Assembly (NCBI GenBank): GCA_028534125.1
Contig: CM052816.1
Span: 17,486,001-17,550,000 of the forward strand
DNA: 64,000 nt
Direction of reading: 5' to 3'
Source of the DNA: Lama glama
Lineage: Eukaryota
The notes beneath the pieces are model-generated. The model ran no database searches, was not told the origin of the DNA, and worked only from the letters and a program-made list of their open reading frames with translations. Numbering within the stretch: the stretch's first letter is position 1; the number at the start of each line of letters is the position of its first letter. Made by a program: the position numbers and the translations under genes. This document shows positions 62,200-64,000 of the stretch, piece by piece.

Positions 62200-62975
62200 G
62201 TTACAGATAGCTTCCATCACTGTATGTTTTATTTCATTTCCCCCAATTTTATAACTCGTGGGGGAGGGTAATATGTTTTCTCAATTCCTGAGTATTGTTG
62301 TCTTTGAGCAGGATTATATACAGTTATTATCTTGCTCTTCTTAACTCATGCAATGCCGAAGAATGACATACTGTTTAGGCAGGAGTTAAAAGGTTAAAAC
62401 ATATGTTCAAAAGGATGATTACTCTAAAGAAGTATATATATATATTACTTACATATATATAAAGAAATGTATAGAATAGTGTTGATTCTGACAGCTCATG
62501 TAATTATTTCTAGAGCTCTTTGTGTCTTTGTGTAGGTCCATATTTCCATCTGCTATAGTTTTCCTCTGCCTGAAGTATTTTATTTAACATTTGTCACAGC
62601 TTAGGTCTACTGGTGAGGAATTCTCCTAGCTTTTGTTTGTCTGAAAAAATATTTTAACTTCATTTTTGGAAGACGTTTTGCTGGGTATGGAATTGTAGTT
62701 TGACAGTTTTTTCTTTCAGTATCTTTAAAGATATTGCTCCTTCTTTTGTTGTTGTTTTCTTTGCTTTGTTTCCATCAAGAAATTTGTTCTTTTCCTTTAC
62801 CCTTGTTTTTCTGTATGTAACTTACCTTTTTTCCCCCTGGCTATTTTAAAGATTTTCTCTTTACCCCTGGTTTTGAGCAACTGATTATGATGTGTCTTCA
62901 GATAGTTTTCTTCATGTTTCTTATTCTTGAGATTCATTGAGATTCTTGAGTCTGTGGGTTTATAGTTTTCATCTT
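62200..62975 (-). mobile_element. Old L1M internal (ORF1/inter-ORF) fragment
   Basis: 'taggtctactggtgaggaattctcctagcttttgtttgtctgaaaaa...ttttgctgggtatggaatt...ttgattatg'-type antisense L1 internal sequence. Confidence 0.75.
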
Positions 62976-64000
62976 AGATTTCTGAGAACTAACAAGATGA
63001 CCTGAGGTTATAGAATATTGAAGAATATGTGATTTCTCAGGGTTGCCAAGGTAACAATCAACTGTGCTAGCTAATGAATTTTCATTCAGTTGAATTAGCA
63101 GGGAAGTAAGTGGATGTGGTTCAGTAAACTTTTTTCCAGAAGCAAGGTGGGTTTGCTGCCAGATTCTGGGTTAAGAAAATGGAATTAAAAGAAATGTAAA
63201 TTTTGATTTATTTGGACAGTCTACTAGTTAGAGATTTCCCAGTTGTGGCTTTCTGAATCAGAGATTCTTGGGGTATAGCTTCTGGGATGTAATGACCAGC
63301 TTGTCTGGACCCAGGAATGATTGCCTGTTTATTCCGTGATGGGAATCCAGGCAGTTTCCACTGTTCTTCGCAATGGAGGGAGAAGAAAGACTTAGCTGTC
63401 ACCTTGTTCCCATCCTAAACAACCTTTGCTACTACCTTTGGTGCCAGTCATTCCACCCTGGGTCTGTATAGTTCAGTTTCCCCTTGGCTAGTAGCCTCCG
63501 GCAACCACACAAACACACAGGTTGGATTTCTTGTCCTCTAACAAATTCTGTTTCAACAGTCAGCCCAGGGGGTTACCAGTAGCACTGATTCAACTTGGAA
63601 GGATCTACATGCTTTAACAGGAAAAGACTGCCTTTTATGATAGGAATATCAAAAACGTTGGGACCTTGTTTATCTGTCTTGCCTTTTTCCCTAATCCAGG
63701 AGTTATTCATATATATCTATTTACATTTATTCTCAAATACCCATTTTTCCTTATCTACTTGAAATATGACCCCCTAAATGGCTCATATCCTCTCATTAGG
63801 ACTTAAAAATGTTACCTTGTATCTTTTTCTCTGATTTACTTATAACTGCTAGTTCCTAAATCTGAAGGCTTCCTTGGCCCTAATTGAATATTCATTTGTG
63901 GATTCAGGCCAAATTCAGAATCCAGGAGGTCTGTGGTAGAGCAGTTATTGATTTGTAAAGCTGCAGCACGTGGGAGATGAGATGTAGTATCCTCCAGTTA

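Noticed and set aside
1..64000. CRISPR array, operon, tRNA/rRNA, CpG island promoter or novel multi-gene system
   Set aside because: No regularly spaced repeats, long ORFs, RNA-gene motifs or CpG island; content is explained by mammalian repeats and unique non-coding DNA

Overview
Mammalian non-coding genomic DNA: CpG-depleted and layered with ancient (MIR, L2, L1M, MLT1, MER) and younger (L1, ERV1 LTR) repeats, with one 500-N scaffold gap at 49047-49546. The young L1 3' ends look cetartiodactyl. I saw no Alu, SINEC, ERE, PRE1, Bov-A2/tA or CHR SINEs, so a camelid is my best guess (inference). I could not support any protein-coding exon, RNA gene or CRISPR array; the ORF track is noise, decayed L1 ORF2, microsatellite or gap artefact. 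T>A skew and mostly antisense young insertions suggest a large intron of a + strand gene. Best observations: (1) a ~260-bp non-TE retroposed sequence with poly(A) signal, tail and 11-bp TSD hidden in an L2; (2) a young L1 nested in an older L1 and truncated exactly at the position homologous to its target site; (3) an L1 5' promoter end abutting the gap; (4) two 5'-inverted L1s; (5) a ~97-bp locally templated insertion; (6) an ERV1 solo LTR with a GAS motif at a duplication junction; (7) several candidate conserved enhancers. I found no evidence of a new multi-gene system. Repeat subfamily names come from recalled consensus similarity, and boundaries of old repeats are approximate.
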